A stretch of 64,000 nucleotides of DNA from an uncultured Nitrospiraceae bacterium (GTDB lineage Bacteria; Nitrospirota; Nitrospiria; Nitrospirales; UBA2166), in assembly GCA_964463965.1 (NCBI GenBank), contig CAYXED010000006.1:49920-113919 (forward strand), read 5' to 3'. Made by a program: the position numbers and the translations under genes. Numbering within the stretch: the first letter of the stretch is position 1; the number at the start of each line of letters is the position of its first letter. Below, piece after piece: positions 9,587-18,797 of this stretch. The notes beneath the pieces are model-generated. The model saw only the letters and a program-made list of their open reading frames with translations. It searched no databases and was not told the origin of the DNA.

Positions 9587-10443
9587 TGCTGTAGTACCTG
9601 ATTAGCTACAAAAGGGTTGTGTGCTTTTTCCTCTCCAACGGTAGTTGCTGGGCCGTGCCCTGGAAGTAAAATTGTAGAGTTATCTAGGTAAAAAATTTGA
9701 CTTTTGATTGATTGTAAGTGGGTGGAGTAGAGAGTTGAGGGACATGACCTCCCTATAGACCCTGCAAACAATGTGTCACCGACAAAACATACTGGTCCTG
9801 TGGAATAGCAGATGCCTCCTGGGGTGTGTCCTGGCGTTGCTATGAAATGTAATTTGATTGAACCAATATCTATGGTATGTCCATCCAGAGCTGGTTTAAT
9901 CGGTATGTGTAACTGATATTCTTTGACCATCGACATATCGCCTTGCCCAAGGTAGACCGTTGTTGGATGGGCTATGGTAATTTTGTCTATTCCGTGAGCA
10001 TGATCGTGATGTCCATGGGTTAAGCATATAGCTTTTAAGTTAAGATCAAGGGCACTAATGTGTTGTAGCATTTTCTCTGGGCTGTAAGCGGTATCGATCA
10101 TGATAGCATCTCTAGTGGTTGTATCATGAAGGAGGTAACCTTTCACTTCGTAGCCATTGATATTGCCTAGAATAGTTGAAACGTTTTTCCCTACCCAGGA
10201 GGGTATTTCTCGTGGTTGCCACTGGTTGCGGCCAATTTTTTCTAAGGGTACAGGATCAAGAGAAAGAAGAGGGGCAATTGTTTGAATCTCATACAATGTT
10301 GGTGTTTGCATGCATCCCTCAAGTTTCTGTAGTGAAGCCACGGGTATGGATGCTTTTTTTGCAATGTCGTCACAAGTCATTCCGTGGCCTTGACGGGCTT
10401 TTTTTATAATATCTCCAAATTCATCTTCAAGTAATGACATCAA
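9580..10443 (-). CDS. XRE-type HTH domain fused to an MBL-fold metallo-hydrolase (glyoxalase II-like)
   Basis: N-terminal HTH (GMTCDDIAKKASIPVASLQKLEG), followed by THGHHDHAHG and the downstream GHTPG / LLPGHG motifs of metallo-beta-lactamase-fold hydrolases. Its 3' end overlaps the M50 gene by 7 nt. Confidence 0.8.
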   Translation of the reverse strand: MMSLLEDEFGDIIKKARQGHGMTCDDIAKKASIPVASLQKLEGCMQTPTLYEIQTIAPLLSLDPVPLEKIGRNQWQPREIPSWVGKNVSTILGNINGYEVKGYLLHDTTTRDAIMIDTAYSPEKMLQHISALDLNLKAICLTHGHHDHAHGIDKITIAHPTTVYLGQGDMSMVKEYQLHIPIKPALDGHTIDIGSIKLHFIATPGHTPGGICYSTGPVCFVGDTLFAGSIGRSCPSTLYSTHLQSIKSQIFYLDNSTILLPGHGPATTVGEEKAHNPFVANQVLQQC

Positions 10444-10567
10444 AAACCTCTTTTTGGGAATATCAATTAACTATACCTTAATACTATTCTTTGCCAAGTA
10501 GTCTTCGGTATATATTGTGCTTCGGCAGGTAATCATGGGGTCTGCAGGAACGTTGCTTGTTTTGAAA

Positions 10568-12247
10568 TCAGATTGGGAGGGTAAAGGAAAAACTTGAACC
10601 TTGATTTGGAATGCTTTTAACCCAGATTTTACCACCATGAAGCTCTACGAGTGCCTTTGTAATAGCTAACCCTATTCCCCATCCACGGGATTCGTGTACT
10701 ATATTGGTCCCCTGAAACATACGATCAAAAATATTATCAATCTCTTCTGGCAAAATTCCATGCCCCTTATCAGTGACAGTGGTTGTAACAAAAGCATCAC
10801 TAGCTAATTCAAAATTTATAGAAATGGTTTTATTGCGAGGCGTAAATTTTAAAGCGTTTCCAATAATGTTTGTCAGTATTTCACTGATAGAATCTTCGTC
10901 CCCGGAGACTAAGGGAATGTTGTGAGTGTTAGAGACCTCAATAGAGATGGCTTGACGGCTTGTGATACTTTCAAAACTTTTGATAATTTCCGTTGTAATG
11001 TTTATGAGATTGCATGGGGTAAATTGAATTGCTTCAGGGGCTTCAAGGAGATTAATTTTTTCAATGTTTCGCGTGAGACGTTTGATAACTGCAAGGAGCA
11101 TTTCTAGGGTTTTCCGTTGCGCATCAGTGGGATCTCCGTATATTCCATCCAGCATATTTTGAGTAGAAAGCTCAATGGTGCCTAGTGGGTTTTTTATAGC
11201 GTGGGAGAGGTCGTTGACAAATAGTACTCGCTGCTTATCAAGTTTTTGAAGCAGCCGATTGCTTTCCTCTAAAGAACTCGTTCGATCCTTAACTCGATCT
11301 TCTAAGGTCTTCGTAAACTGCTCAAGCGATTTGTATGCCTCGCTAATTTTTTTATCACGTTCTTGAAGTGCGGTAGTCATTGTATTAAAGAGGAAGGTTA
11401 ATTCCCCTATTTCATCTTTGCTTGTAGGGGGAACATTCGTAGTGAAGTTTCCTTCTGTTACTAGTTGTTGAGCGGAGGCTAAGCGTTTGATGGGGAGAAT
11501 AATATGATTTGATAGTATGACTGTAACAGCAATTCCAGCCAGAATAATAATGATAGTGATCGCTATGACATCCCGTACGAGTGTACGCAATGATTGCTCT
11601 ATTTCGCTTTTATTAATACCTACTTGTATAATTCCAATAATCTTATTGGGATTAGTATTAATGTGCGTGGCCGGCATTTCTGAAAAGAGACCTAATGGGT
11701 TCTCCATTGCCTGAGATTTCTTTATGGGGAATGCAAAGTCATAGAGTTGTTCTGCCTCTGCTTGAAACGTGGAAGTAACTTTTCCAGCCTTCCCTCGATG
11801 GACTTCTATAGTCTGCTGTTTTCCAGTTTGTGTGTGAAACTTCGTAATGAGTTGGGAGGTAGAGTCTGACTCAAATGACTCTAAGGTGTGTATTGGGTGA
11901 GACGTTATTGTTTTTTTTGATTTGTGGATCAGATTAGTTCCGTCCGCGCCGGTAATAGTGACATACGCAACCTCCTTAATCTTCATGGAGGTATCGACAA
12001 GTTGCTCCAGAGTTAATACATCTTCTGTGATAACGGCGTAGCGACTATTTCTAGCAAGGTTGCTAGTGATAAGTGTTCCCAGATGTTCGAGCGAGTGTTC
12101 GAGTGTCTTGGCGTGTTGGGTAAACAGATACCAGCTTAAATTAGAACATGCAGCAATAATGACGATGCTAATAAATAGTGTCATTTTTCTCCGTAAAGTG
12201 AATTGACCTGTCTTTACGGGTGAAAGAGGGGGGGTTAAAGGGGACAC
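10568..12247 (-). CDS. Sensor histidine kinase (periplasmic domain, HAMP, HisKA, HATPase_c)
   Basis: HAMP segment PIKRLASAQQLV...DEIGELTFLFNTM, H-box LSHAIKNPL, G-boxes DKGHGI and GWGIGLAITKALVELHGG. GTG 12247 abuts the stop of the upstream gene; ATG 12184 is an alternative start. Confidence 0.85.
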   Translation of the reverse strand: MSPLTPPLSPVKTGQFTLRRKMTLFISIVIIAACSNLSWYLFTQHAKTLEHSLEHLGTLITSNLARNSRYAVITEDVLTLEQLVDTSMKIKEVAYVTITGADGTNLIHKSKKTITSHPIHTLESFESDSTSQLITKFHTQTGKQQTIEVHRGKAGKVTSTFQAEAEQLYDFAFPIKKSQAMENPLGLFSEMPATHINTNPNKIIGIIQVGINKSEIEQSLRTLVRDVIAITIIIILAGIAVTVILSNHIILPIKRLASAQQLVTEGNFTTNVPPTSKDEIGELTFLFNTMTTALQERDKKISEAYKSLEQFTKTLEDRVKDRTSSLEESNRLLQKLDKQRVLFVNDLSHAIKNPLGTIELSTQNMLDGIYGDPTDAQRKTLEMLLAVIKRLTRNIEKINLLEAPEAIQFTPCNLINITTEIIKSFESITSRQAISIEVSNTHNIPLVSGDEDSISEILTNIIGNALKFTPRNKTISINFELASDAFVTTTVTDKGHGILPEEIDNIFDRMFQGTNIVHESRGWGIGLAITKALVELHGGKIWVKSIPNQGSSFSFTLPI

Positions 12248-13222
12248 TTAGAATATCTCATCAGCTCTATTCACAATTTTTTCAGTGATGGGGATATTAA
12301 GATATTCTGCAGTGTGGATGTTGAGGCTAATTGTTTGTTGTTGGACAGAAATGGTTGATCCCCAAGGTAGGAAGGATTGATTAAAGGCTTTTTTTGCAAG
12401 CTCTGCAACCGTATGGCCAACATCTATTGGGCTATGAGCAATGCTGCAAAGAGCACCGCTTTGAGTCATGAGTGATGAGAAGCCAAACAGAGGTATTCTC
12501 TGTTCAAGTGTCTCTTTCAGTATAAAGGCAAAGGATTCTTGTGTCAGAAGTGTGGTACCTGAGATCAGCATGAGTCCATCAATGTCTGGGATGATGTCGC
12601 GCAAAATTTTAGGAATAGCCTTTTCATTGGAGATAGGTTTTTCAATGACAGTGAAGCCAAGCTCTGCTGCATTCTGAATGTCTTGTTTTGTGAGAGGGGA
12701 CATTTTATTAGGGTCGTGCATCACACCGAGCCGGCTTATGTCAGGAAAAACGACCTTAAGGCTATTTAATTGGGATAAAAACGCAATTTGGTGTGAAACG
12801 CCTATCATGTTTTTTCCATTCAGGTCGTACCCTTTCGGGTTTAGTACCATAGCGTAAATGATAGGGATGTCTGGGAGCTCAACTTTAGCAGCCATTGCAG
12901 CCTTCAAACCAATTGCAAGAACAATAGAAGCATCAGAGTCACTAATTTTTTGAGCCTGTTGTTTGCCGAGAGTGGTGGCACCGTCCAGGTTGTACTCTAC
13001 AAAGGTTATATCGGGTGCCATTTGTTTTTTGAAGCTCTGTATTGCAACTTTATACGAATAGGCATCCGAAGATTGAAGGATCGCAACCTTTTGAGCTAGC
13101 AGATTAGAGGGAAGGCTCAGCGTAGTAAAGAACGCAAGGGTTACACATGTTACGATGTAACCGAGTCTAGAAAAATTACCTGATTCGTTCTGGGCGGAAA
13201 TTAGCGTATATTGAGTATTCAT
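12248..13222 (-). CDS. ABC_sub_bind-type periplasmic binding protein (likely sensory partner of the adjacent kinase)
   Basis: 324 aa. Signal-like N-terminus, then the KVAILQSS...IGLKAA...IPIIY pattern of the uncharacterised ABC-type substrate-binding family often paired with kinases. AGGAGAAAAG lies upstream of ATG 13222. Confidence 0.72.
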   Translation of the reverse strand: MNTQYTLISAQNESGNFSRLGYIVTCVTLAFFTTLSLPSNLLAQKVAILQSSDAYSYKVAIQSFKKQMAPDITFVEYNLDGATTLGKQQAQKISDSDASIVLAIGLKAAMAAKVELPDIPIIYAMVLNPKGYDLNGKNMIGVSHQIAFLSQLNSLKVVFPDISRLGVMHDPNKMSPLTKQDIQNAAELGFTVIEKPISNEKAIPKILRDIIPDIDGLMLISGTTLLTQESFAFILKETLEQRIPLFGFSSLMTQSGALCSIAHSPIDVGHTVAELAKKAFNQSFLPWGSTISVQQQTISLNIHTAEYLNIPITEKIVNRADEIF

Positions 13223-13278
13223 TGGTTAATCTTTTCTCCTGACTGGGATTCGTAACTTACCCCGTAATTAATTGGTAT

Positions 13279-13385
13279 GAGAGGGTAGAGTAACTCTACC
13301 CTCTCGTGGAGCAGCATTTACCTATCAGAGAGGTGATGAGGTAAATGCTAAGTTTTAAAAGGCACTTAGGAGGTGCTTTTTAATC
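13279..13385. other. Three consecutive stem-loops in a 456-bp intergenic gap (possible small RNA or 5' leader structure)
   Basis: Stem-loop 1: 13279-13290 GAGAGGGTAGAG pairs perfectly with 13294-13305. Stem-loop 2: 13313-13323 AGCATTTACCT pairs with 13339-13349, with an inner ATCA/TGAT extension. Stem-loop 3: 13357-13381 AAAAGGCAC-loop-GTGCTTTTT, followed by T-rich sequence on the + strand. Confidence 0.3.
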
Positions 13386-13564
13386 TTTTCGTAAGGGGAA
13401 TTATTTTTAATGAGACAGAGTCCTCTGCAATCTGATAACTGCATACCCTAAGGTAAGCAATATTGATGCCGGAATCATGGAATAGATTAATTTCAGGTTA
13501 TTTCTGAATTAATGGGTAGAAAATGACTCAATGATGGGATTTAATTTTCTCTGACTGTGGTATC

Positions 13565-13609
13565 CAAAAGGATACAGTCTGTAGCGCTTACGATACAGAC
13601 TGTATTTTT
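13565..13609 (-). terminator. Hairpin terminator downstream of the CHRD gene (T-runs on both strands, possibly bidirectional)
   Basis: A 12-bp perfect stem (13572-13583 ATACAGTCTGTA with 13594-13605 TACAGACTGTAT) and a 10-nt loop. TTTTT follows on the + strand and CCTTTTGG on the - strand. It sits about 75 nt after the stop at 13679. Confidence 0.5.
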
Positions 13610-13678
13610 AAAATACTTCCCAAAAGTAGGGGTTTTATTTTTACGGTATTCGCCTTTTTTGTTCAATAATCTGTTATT

Positions 13679-15307
13679 TCAAAATCCACCAGCAAGGTTC
13701 TTGAGCAATGTGAGTTGGCCACGAACTTCTCCAGTTTCACTGGTTTCAGTATGCACATTGAAGTAAATGCTATCGGATGACATGAGATTGATTAATTCTT
13801 GGATTGTCATGCCAATCACGTCATTGTCAGACAAAATTCCAGTGCTTTTGTCTCCATTGTTTCTTCGGATAACGCCGTTGCTGGCTTCGACGCCTTCTCC
13901 GAGAGGAAAGATAAATGCCAGAATATCTCCTGTCTCTTGTGCCGTCCCTCGGTGGATATGTGCTTGCGTGATACCACCAAGGTTCCAGCATTTGAGCTTA
14001 TATCGTAATTTTGTGGCTCCTTTAGCACGAAAAATGGCCAAACAGCGTCCATCTGTCTTGACAGCATCAGGTCGTTGTTGGCCTCCGGACCCTACAGCCA
14101 AGAAAAACTCTTCTATAATATTTGCATCATCGATGGGGACAATTTGCCCCCGTACATGGCCTTCAGGATGTAGAGTGGTTGTCACTTCTAAGTACAGAAG
14201 ATCGTTGGCCATAAGCTCAATTATGGTATCGTTCGAAGATTCGGGGAATATGTTGGAAAGGAGCCCATAGCTTACGATTTCATTGCGTTGAATAAACCCG
14301 TTGACCTCACCTGTTGGTGAGCCTGTTGGAAATAGCGTTGCAACTATTGGACCGTTCTCCTGGGATGTTCCAAGACGGATCTGTGCATCAATTATGCCAT
14401 CGATATTAAAGCAGTTTAGTCCATACGAAAGCTCATCCACGGTGTCGTTCTCTAGAACGGGTCTAAAAGTAGCAATGCATGTTCCGGTAGTTGTCGACTC
14501 GTTAGAAAAATCATCATTTAGAACTTGGGTTTGTGTTGCAGTTGCCATAAATATTTTTCGTTTAATTGGTGCAGGAGGTGTGAGAGTTGGTTCTGAGGCT
14601 GAAATGATAATAGGATCTGTTATATCTTGATCGGTTCCAGAGGTAATTGTAATTGACCAATTGTCCACTCCTCCGACAAATGTGGTGCCTGCTTCATCAG
14701 CGAGCCCGCTGCTTGTAAAAATAAAACCAAATGTAATTTCTCCTCCAGATGAAGAGAAATTTGGTGTAAAAAACTCTAGGCTGCTAAAGTCTTTTGCCTT
14801 TAAGGACGAGAGGGTATGAGTTCTCCAGAACTCTTGTGTTTTAGATCCAGCTCCGAGGTAGATTCCTCCATCCTGCATTAGTGCTATGCCAACCGAAGGA
14901 GCATCGCCTTCAGAGAATTTAATGCTATCAATTGAAAAATCAAGGCTAGAGATTGGACCTTGAGTAGAAGGGTTGTAAGAGGTATTCGTATTACGATGAA
15001 ACCCAAGAATGGTCGCAAAATTTTCACTAATCGCGAGTTCTTGCTCAATACGTCGAAACGCTCCAGGATTCCCCCCTGAAGCTTCCTGTGATGCCTCAAT
15101 CGTTGCATCACCTCGCACATCAGTGTCGATAATGACTAGAGGAATGAGTTCCCAATTCTCCGTATTAAATGTGTCGTCTGTTAGGAATACGGATTGTGCA
15201 AATAAGGATGTTGGGTATATGCCAAAGCTTCCTAGGAGAAGCGTGCATAGAAGGATGATGGTTCTTGTGAAGGGTTTATGTTTGCCAATAGTGATGCAAA
15301 TTTTCAT
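13679..15307 (-). CDS. Secreted protein with two C-terminal CHRD domains and an unassigned N-terminal domain
   Basis: Signal peptide (LLCTLLLGSFGIYPTSLFA/QS). Two repeats match the CHRD pattern: ...LSYGLNCFNIDGIIDAQIRLGTSQENGPIVATLFP and ...LRYKLKCWNLGGITQAHIHRGTAQETGDILAFIFP. Confidence 0.75.
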   Translation of the reverse strand: MKICITIGKHKPFTRTIILLCTLLLGSFGIYPTSLFAQSVFLTDDTFNTENWELIPLVIIDTDVRGDATIEASQEASGGNPGAFRRIEQELAISENFATILGFHRNTNTSYNPSTQGPISSLDFSIDSIKFSEGDAPSVGIALMQDGGIYLGAGSKTQEFWRTHTLSSLKAKDFSSLEFFTPNFSSSGGEITFGFIFTSSGLADEAGTTFVGGVDNWSITITSGTDQDITDPIIISASEPTLTPPAPIKRKIFMATATQTQVLNDDFSNESTTTGTCIATFRPVLENDTVDELSYGLNCFNIDGIIDAQIRLGTSQENGPIVATLFPTGSPTGEVNGFIQRNEIVSYGLLSNIFPESSNDTIIELMANDLLYLEVTTTLHPEGHVRGQIVPIDDANIIEEFFLAVGSGGQQRPDAVKTDGRCLAIFRAKGATKLRYKLKCWNLGGITQAHIHRGTAQETGDILAFIFPLGEGVEASNGVIRRNNGDKSTGILSDNDVIGMTIQELINLMSSDSIYFNVHTETSETGEVRGQLTLLKNLAGGF

Positions 15308-15646
15308 AGGTCAATTGTTTATAGGACTCTGGTCAATGTAGAATTATAGCAATAACACTTGTTGTTAAGCCATTCTTACTAGCGCGCATTACATAATGCA
15401 TTGTATTTCTATGGAAAGCTAGACTTTTCAGCGTGTCTGATATTGATCACCGTGTTATTTCTCTGGCGATAATTTTTAAGATATTATTGTTTGAATCCAA
15501 TTATGTCATTTATAGTTTTGTGCAGATTTCTCTAACTATATGCATGAAGTTGTTTCCGTATTACGACGTCCTATTGGATGATAAGAAAAAATGGTTTACT
15601 CTAAGGACATAAATAATGAGAACACTTTCAGGAGGCATCTACTTCA

Positions 15647-16420
15647 ATGAGCTTTCGTAGTGCCTTTGTGCGAAGAGGTATTCTGTATTTTTTCATAATT
15701 AACTGCGCTTTTCTTTCGCTAGCCTTTGGACAAGAGGCCATTGCAGGTTTTATTGAGCGAGTTGAGCATGTTTTAGTAAATACCCCATCATTCCCTGATG
15801 CGCTTCAAAGCGCAATTATGCTTTATCAAAAAGAAACTGAGCAAAATCCAAATAATGCAGAGGCATTTGAGAAGCTCGCATGGGCGTGTTTGGAACTTGG
15901 AGAGATAGTTGTCAAGGGAAAGCTAGAATGGTATCAACGTAGCCATATAGCAGCAAAACGATCGTTGGCTCTGAATGAGGAAAGTGCTCAAGGCCACTTT
16001 TTATATGCAGCGACTAAAGGTTTGATAGTAGAGGATTTTCCTTTTTGGAAACTTTCTCCTAAAACCCCTTTTGAACTTGAACGGCATTTGTTGAGGGCAT
16101 TGGAGATAGAACCCAATCATGCACGTGCGTTGAACATGATGGGAATGTTGCTTAATAAAGTCCCTGGTCCACTTCGAATGCTCATGAAAGGAAAAAGGAA
16201 AGACGCTGAGGGATACCTTATTCGTGCGGTTCAAGCAGAACCTACCTCTACACGGCTTCGACTACTTTTGGCAGAATACTATTACGAGGAAAAGAAACTA
16301 CAGTTTGCAAAAGAACATGCGAAGAGAATTATGAATGAATCTTCTCCAAAAGAATTGTGGTTGTGGGAAAATAAGCATAAGCGAGATGCAGTAGAGCTTT
16401 TATCCCTACTCGGAGAATAG
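15647..16420 (+). CDS. TPR-repeat protein with signal peptide
   Basis: 257 aa. N-terminal hydrophobic signal, then helical repeats with TPR-like A/L/Y spacing (NAEAFEKLAWACLELGE, HARALNMMGMLL, RLRLLLAEYYYEE). AGGAGG lies upstream. Confidence 0.68.
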   Translation: MSFRSAFVRRGILYFFIINCAFLSLAFGQEAIAGFIERVEHVLVNTPSFPDALQSAIMLYQKETEQNPNNAEAFEKLAWACLELGEIVVKGKLEWYQRSHIAAKRSLALNEESAQGHFLYAATKGLIVEDFPFWKLSPKTPFELERHLLRALEIEPNHARALNMMGMLLNKVPGPLRMLMKGKRKDAEGYLIRAVQAEPTSTRLRLLLAEYYYEEKKLQFAKEHAKRIMNESSPKELWLWENKHKRDAVELLSLLGE

Positions 16421-16517
16421 GGGATTTAAATTTTTTAAATGGCTCTCCTAATGAAAGGTATTAAATAGTATTAATTTTGACATTAAAATATTTGTGGGGT
16501 TAGCATGTGAAAGGCGT

Positions 16518-16594
16518 TGGCGCCCCCGAGAGGAATCGAACCTCCGGCACGCGGTTTAGGAAACCGCTGCTCTATCCGACTGAGCTACGGGGGC
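16518..16594 (-). tRNA. tRNA-Arg (anticodon CCT)
   Basis: The reverse complement folds as a cloverleaf: GCCCCCG/CGGGGGC acceptor, GCTC/GAGC D-stem, GCGGT-TTCCTAA-ACCGC anticodon arm, GGAGG-TTCGATT-CCTCT T-arm, encoded CCA. Confidence 0.93.
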
Positions 16595-16678
16595 AAATGC
16601 TCAATTGACTAATACTTGCGCTGGTTTTCTAGGCGGTTATATCTTCTTCCTGAGTCAGGTGGTTTGTGGGCTGTAGTT

Positions 16679-17395
16679 TCATAGATGTTGATTTAGAAAT
16701 TCTAATGTTCGTTTCCACGCGTCTTTGGCCTGTTCGGGCTTGTAGACGTCAGGTCTCGTATCATTGAAAAATGCATGTGGTGTATTAGGATAGGTTTTTG
16801 CCTCTCCAGTTTTCCCGTACTTTTTAAGAGCATTACGGAGGCGATCTACGTGGTCGTGCGTAATCCAACCATCATCTTCTCCGTAGATATATAGGACAGG
16901 TGAGTTAAGTTTCTTGAGTGGTATGTCTGGGTCTGGCACTTGACCATAGAAGGGTACTGCTGCCTTGATATCTGTATTGACCGTAGGGAGCATTAGCGCA
17001 TAAGAGCCTCCCATGCAAAATCCTATCGTGCCAATTCGAGAGGAGTCGACTTCTGGAATGTTCTTCAAGTAGTTGACTGTTGAGTTTAGGTCTTTCAGAG
17101 CATCTTCCTGTTGTAATGTAGTCATGAGACGGCCTGCCTCGTCTGCGTCTGTTGTCGTCGGGTTTCCAAAGCGAGAATATAAGTCTGGAGCGATACAAAT
17201 ATATCCACACTTTGCTAGGCGTCTTGATACGTCTTTGATATGATCATTTAAACCCCACCATTCCTGAATCACGATAATTGCAGGAGCATTGTCTAGCTTT
17301 TGAGGTTTCACAAGATATGAAGTGAGAGTGACGTGTTCACCTTGATATTGAACAATAGAGCCATCTAGCTGTTGATCGGTGAATAATTCAGCCAT
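16679..17395 (-). CDS. Dienelactone hydrolase family protein
   Basis: 238 aa. Shows the IIVIQEWWGLNDHIKDV...APDLY pattern and the nucleophile context IGFCMGG typical of the DLH family. Confidence 0.85.
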   Translation of the reverse strand: MAELFTDQQLDGSIVQYQGEHVTLTSYLVKPQKLDNAPAIIVIQEWWGLNDHIKDVSRRLAKCGYICIAPDLYSRFGNPTTTDADEAGRLMTTLQQEDALKDLNSTVNYLKNIPEVDSSRIGTIGFCMGGSYALMLPTVNTDIKAAVPFYGQVPDPDIPLKKLNSPVLYIYGEDDGWITHDHVDRLRNALKKYGKTGEAKTYPNTPHAFFNDTRPDVYKPEQAKDAWKRTLEFLNQHL

Positions 17396-17453
17396 AATTT
17401 TCTCCTCTCCATTGCCTCATGTAGATGATTCGCAAAATGGCAGATAGTGCTCC

Positions 17454-18797
17454 CTATTCACCTGCAATCATCATTTCGCTAATTTTCATTGTTGGGCAAG
17501 CAACTGATCCTCTAAAAATTAGATCGTTGCCAAGCATTTCGATGTTGAGGAACATGTCATGTAGGTTTCCGGCAATGGTCACTTCGTCTACGGCATGAGT
17601 AAATTCACCATTTTCAACCCACAGCCCAACTGCTCCACGGGAGAAGTCTCCAGTAACCATGTTCACTCCAAATCCCATCATGTCTGTGACGTAAAAACCA
17701 CGCTTTACAGATTTGATTATTTGTTGCGGAGTGTGTTTTCCGGCACATGCATAAAAGTTTGTGGCACCAACGCTTGGGCCACTACCAATTCCTCGTGTGG
17801 CATTTCCAGTTGAGGTAAGTTTTAGTTTTTTTGCTGAGTAGGTATCAAGGAGATAACTGGTCAGAACCCCTTTGTCTACCACTGTGTTGCAGCGTGTTGG
17901 TAAGCCTTCGCCATCATAGGGACGGGAACCTAACCCTCCGTGTAGGCGCCCATCATCATATATAGTGACCCAGTCTGGCGCGATTTTTTCCCCAAGCTTG
18001 TCTTTGAGATAGGATGCGTCTCGGTAAAGTGAGGAACCTGATACTGCTCCGCTTAGTATGCCAAGTAGTGATGCGGCAGACTCTTGATCAAATATGATAG
18101 CAGCGGATTGTGTTTTGACTTTTTTTGCTCCAAGACGTTGTATTGTACGGCGTGCTGCTTCTGTTCCAACTATTTCTGGAGAGTCTAAACCGGAGAGGGT
18201 CCGGTGTACTGTGTACCATGAATCGCGTTGCATTTTCCCATTTTCACTTGCGATTGGAGATACTGAAAGGGAATAACTTGAGCTCTTATATTCACCAAAA
18301 AACCCACGACTGTTCGCATAGAGGCTACGACCATTTCCAGAATTAAATTCTGCTCCTTCTGAATTTGTAATTCGCTCATCAAAGGGAAAAATTACAGCTT
18401 CAGCTCGCTCAACTTGCTCAATATGATCATCCATAGTGCATTCTGAATCATCATGGATTCCTAGTTGTGGGGCGTCTTGTGAAAATTGTTCTGTATCGGG
18501 TAATCCAGAGTCAGGGTCTTCAACCACTGCGGTTGCTAGGGCGCAAGTATCCTGTATAAATTGATCTAGTGCATTCGGTGAAAGGTCAGAAGTTGAGCTT
18601 ACTGCAGAGCGTTTTCCCACAAATACACGTAGTCCCAAACGTTTTTCTCGAGCTTTAGATAATGTTTCAATGGCAGCTTGACGAACGCGAACTGAGGCTG
18701 TGTTGCCTTCAGCAAAGACCACATCACTATCTGTGGCACCATAATTTTTTGCTTTTTTTAAAATGTCTTCCGCGAGGTTTTGGTCAATTGTCTTCAT
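17454..18797 (-). CDS. pmbA: Metalloprotease PmbA (TldE)
   Basis: 447 aa, TldD/PmbA fold family. A 4-nt overlap with the upstream tldD gives the classic tldD-pmbA pair. Confidence 0.88.
   Translation of the reverse strand: MKTIDQNLAEDILKKAKNYGATDSDVVFAEGNTASVRVRQAAIETLSKAREKRLGLRVFVGKRSAVSSTSDLSPNALDQFIQDTCALATAVVEDPDSGLPDTEQFSQDAPQLGIHDDSECTMDDHIEQVERAEAVIFPFDERITNSEGAEFNSGNGRSLYANSRGFFGEYKSSSYSLSVSPIASENGKMQRDSWYTVHRTLSGLDSPEIVGTEAARRTIQRLGAKKVKTQSAAIIFDQESAASLLGILSGAVSGSSLYRDASYLKDKLGEKIAPDWVTIYDDGRLHGGLGSRPYDGEGLPTRCNTVVDKGVLTSYLLDTYSAKKLKLTSTGNATRGIGSGPSVGATNFYACAGKHTPQQIIKSVKRGFYVTDMMGFGVNMVTGDFSRGAVGLWVENGEFTHAVDEVTIAGNLHDMFLNIEMLGNDLIFRGSVACPTMKISEMMIAGE

Noticed and set aside
13767-14270. 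Long antisense 'shadow' ORFs inside well-supported genes (also 213..545, 22811..23266, 31929..32375, 47687..48136, 50283..50795, 54630..55076, 60390..60950)
   Set aside because: Each lies fully within a motif-supported gene on the opposite strand and has a Ser/Arg/Pro/Cys-rich shadow composition with no recognisable domains.
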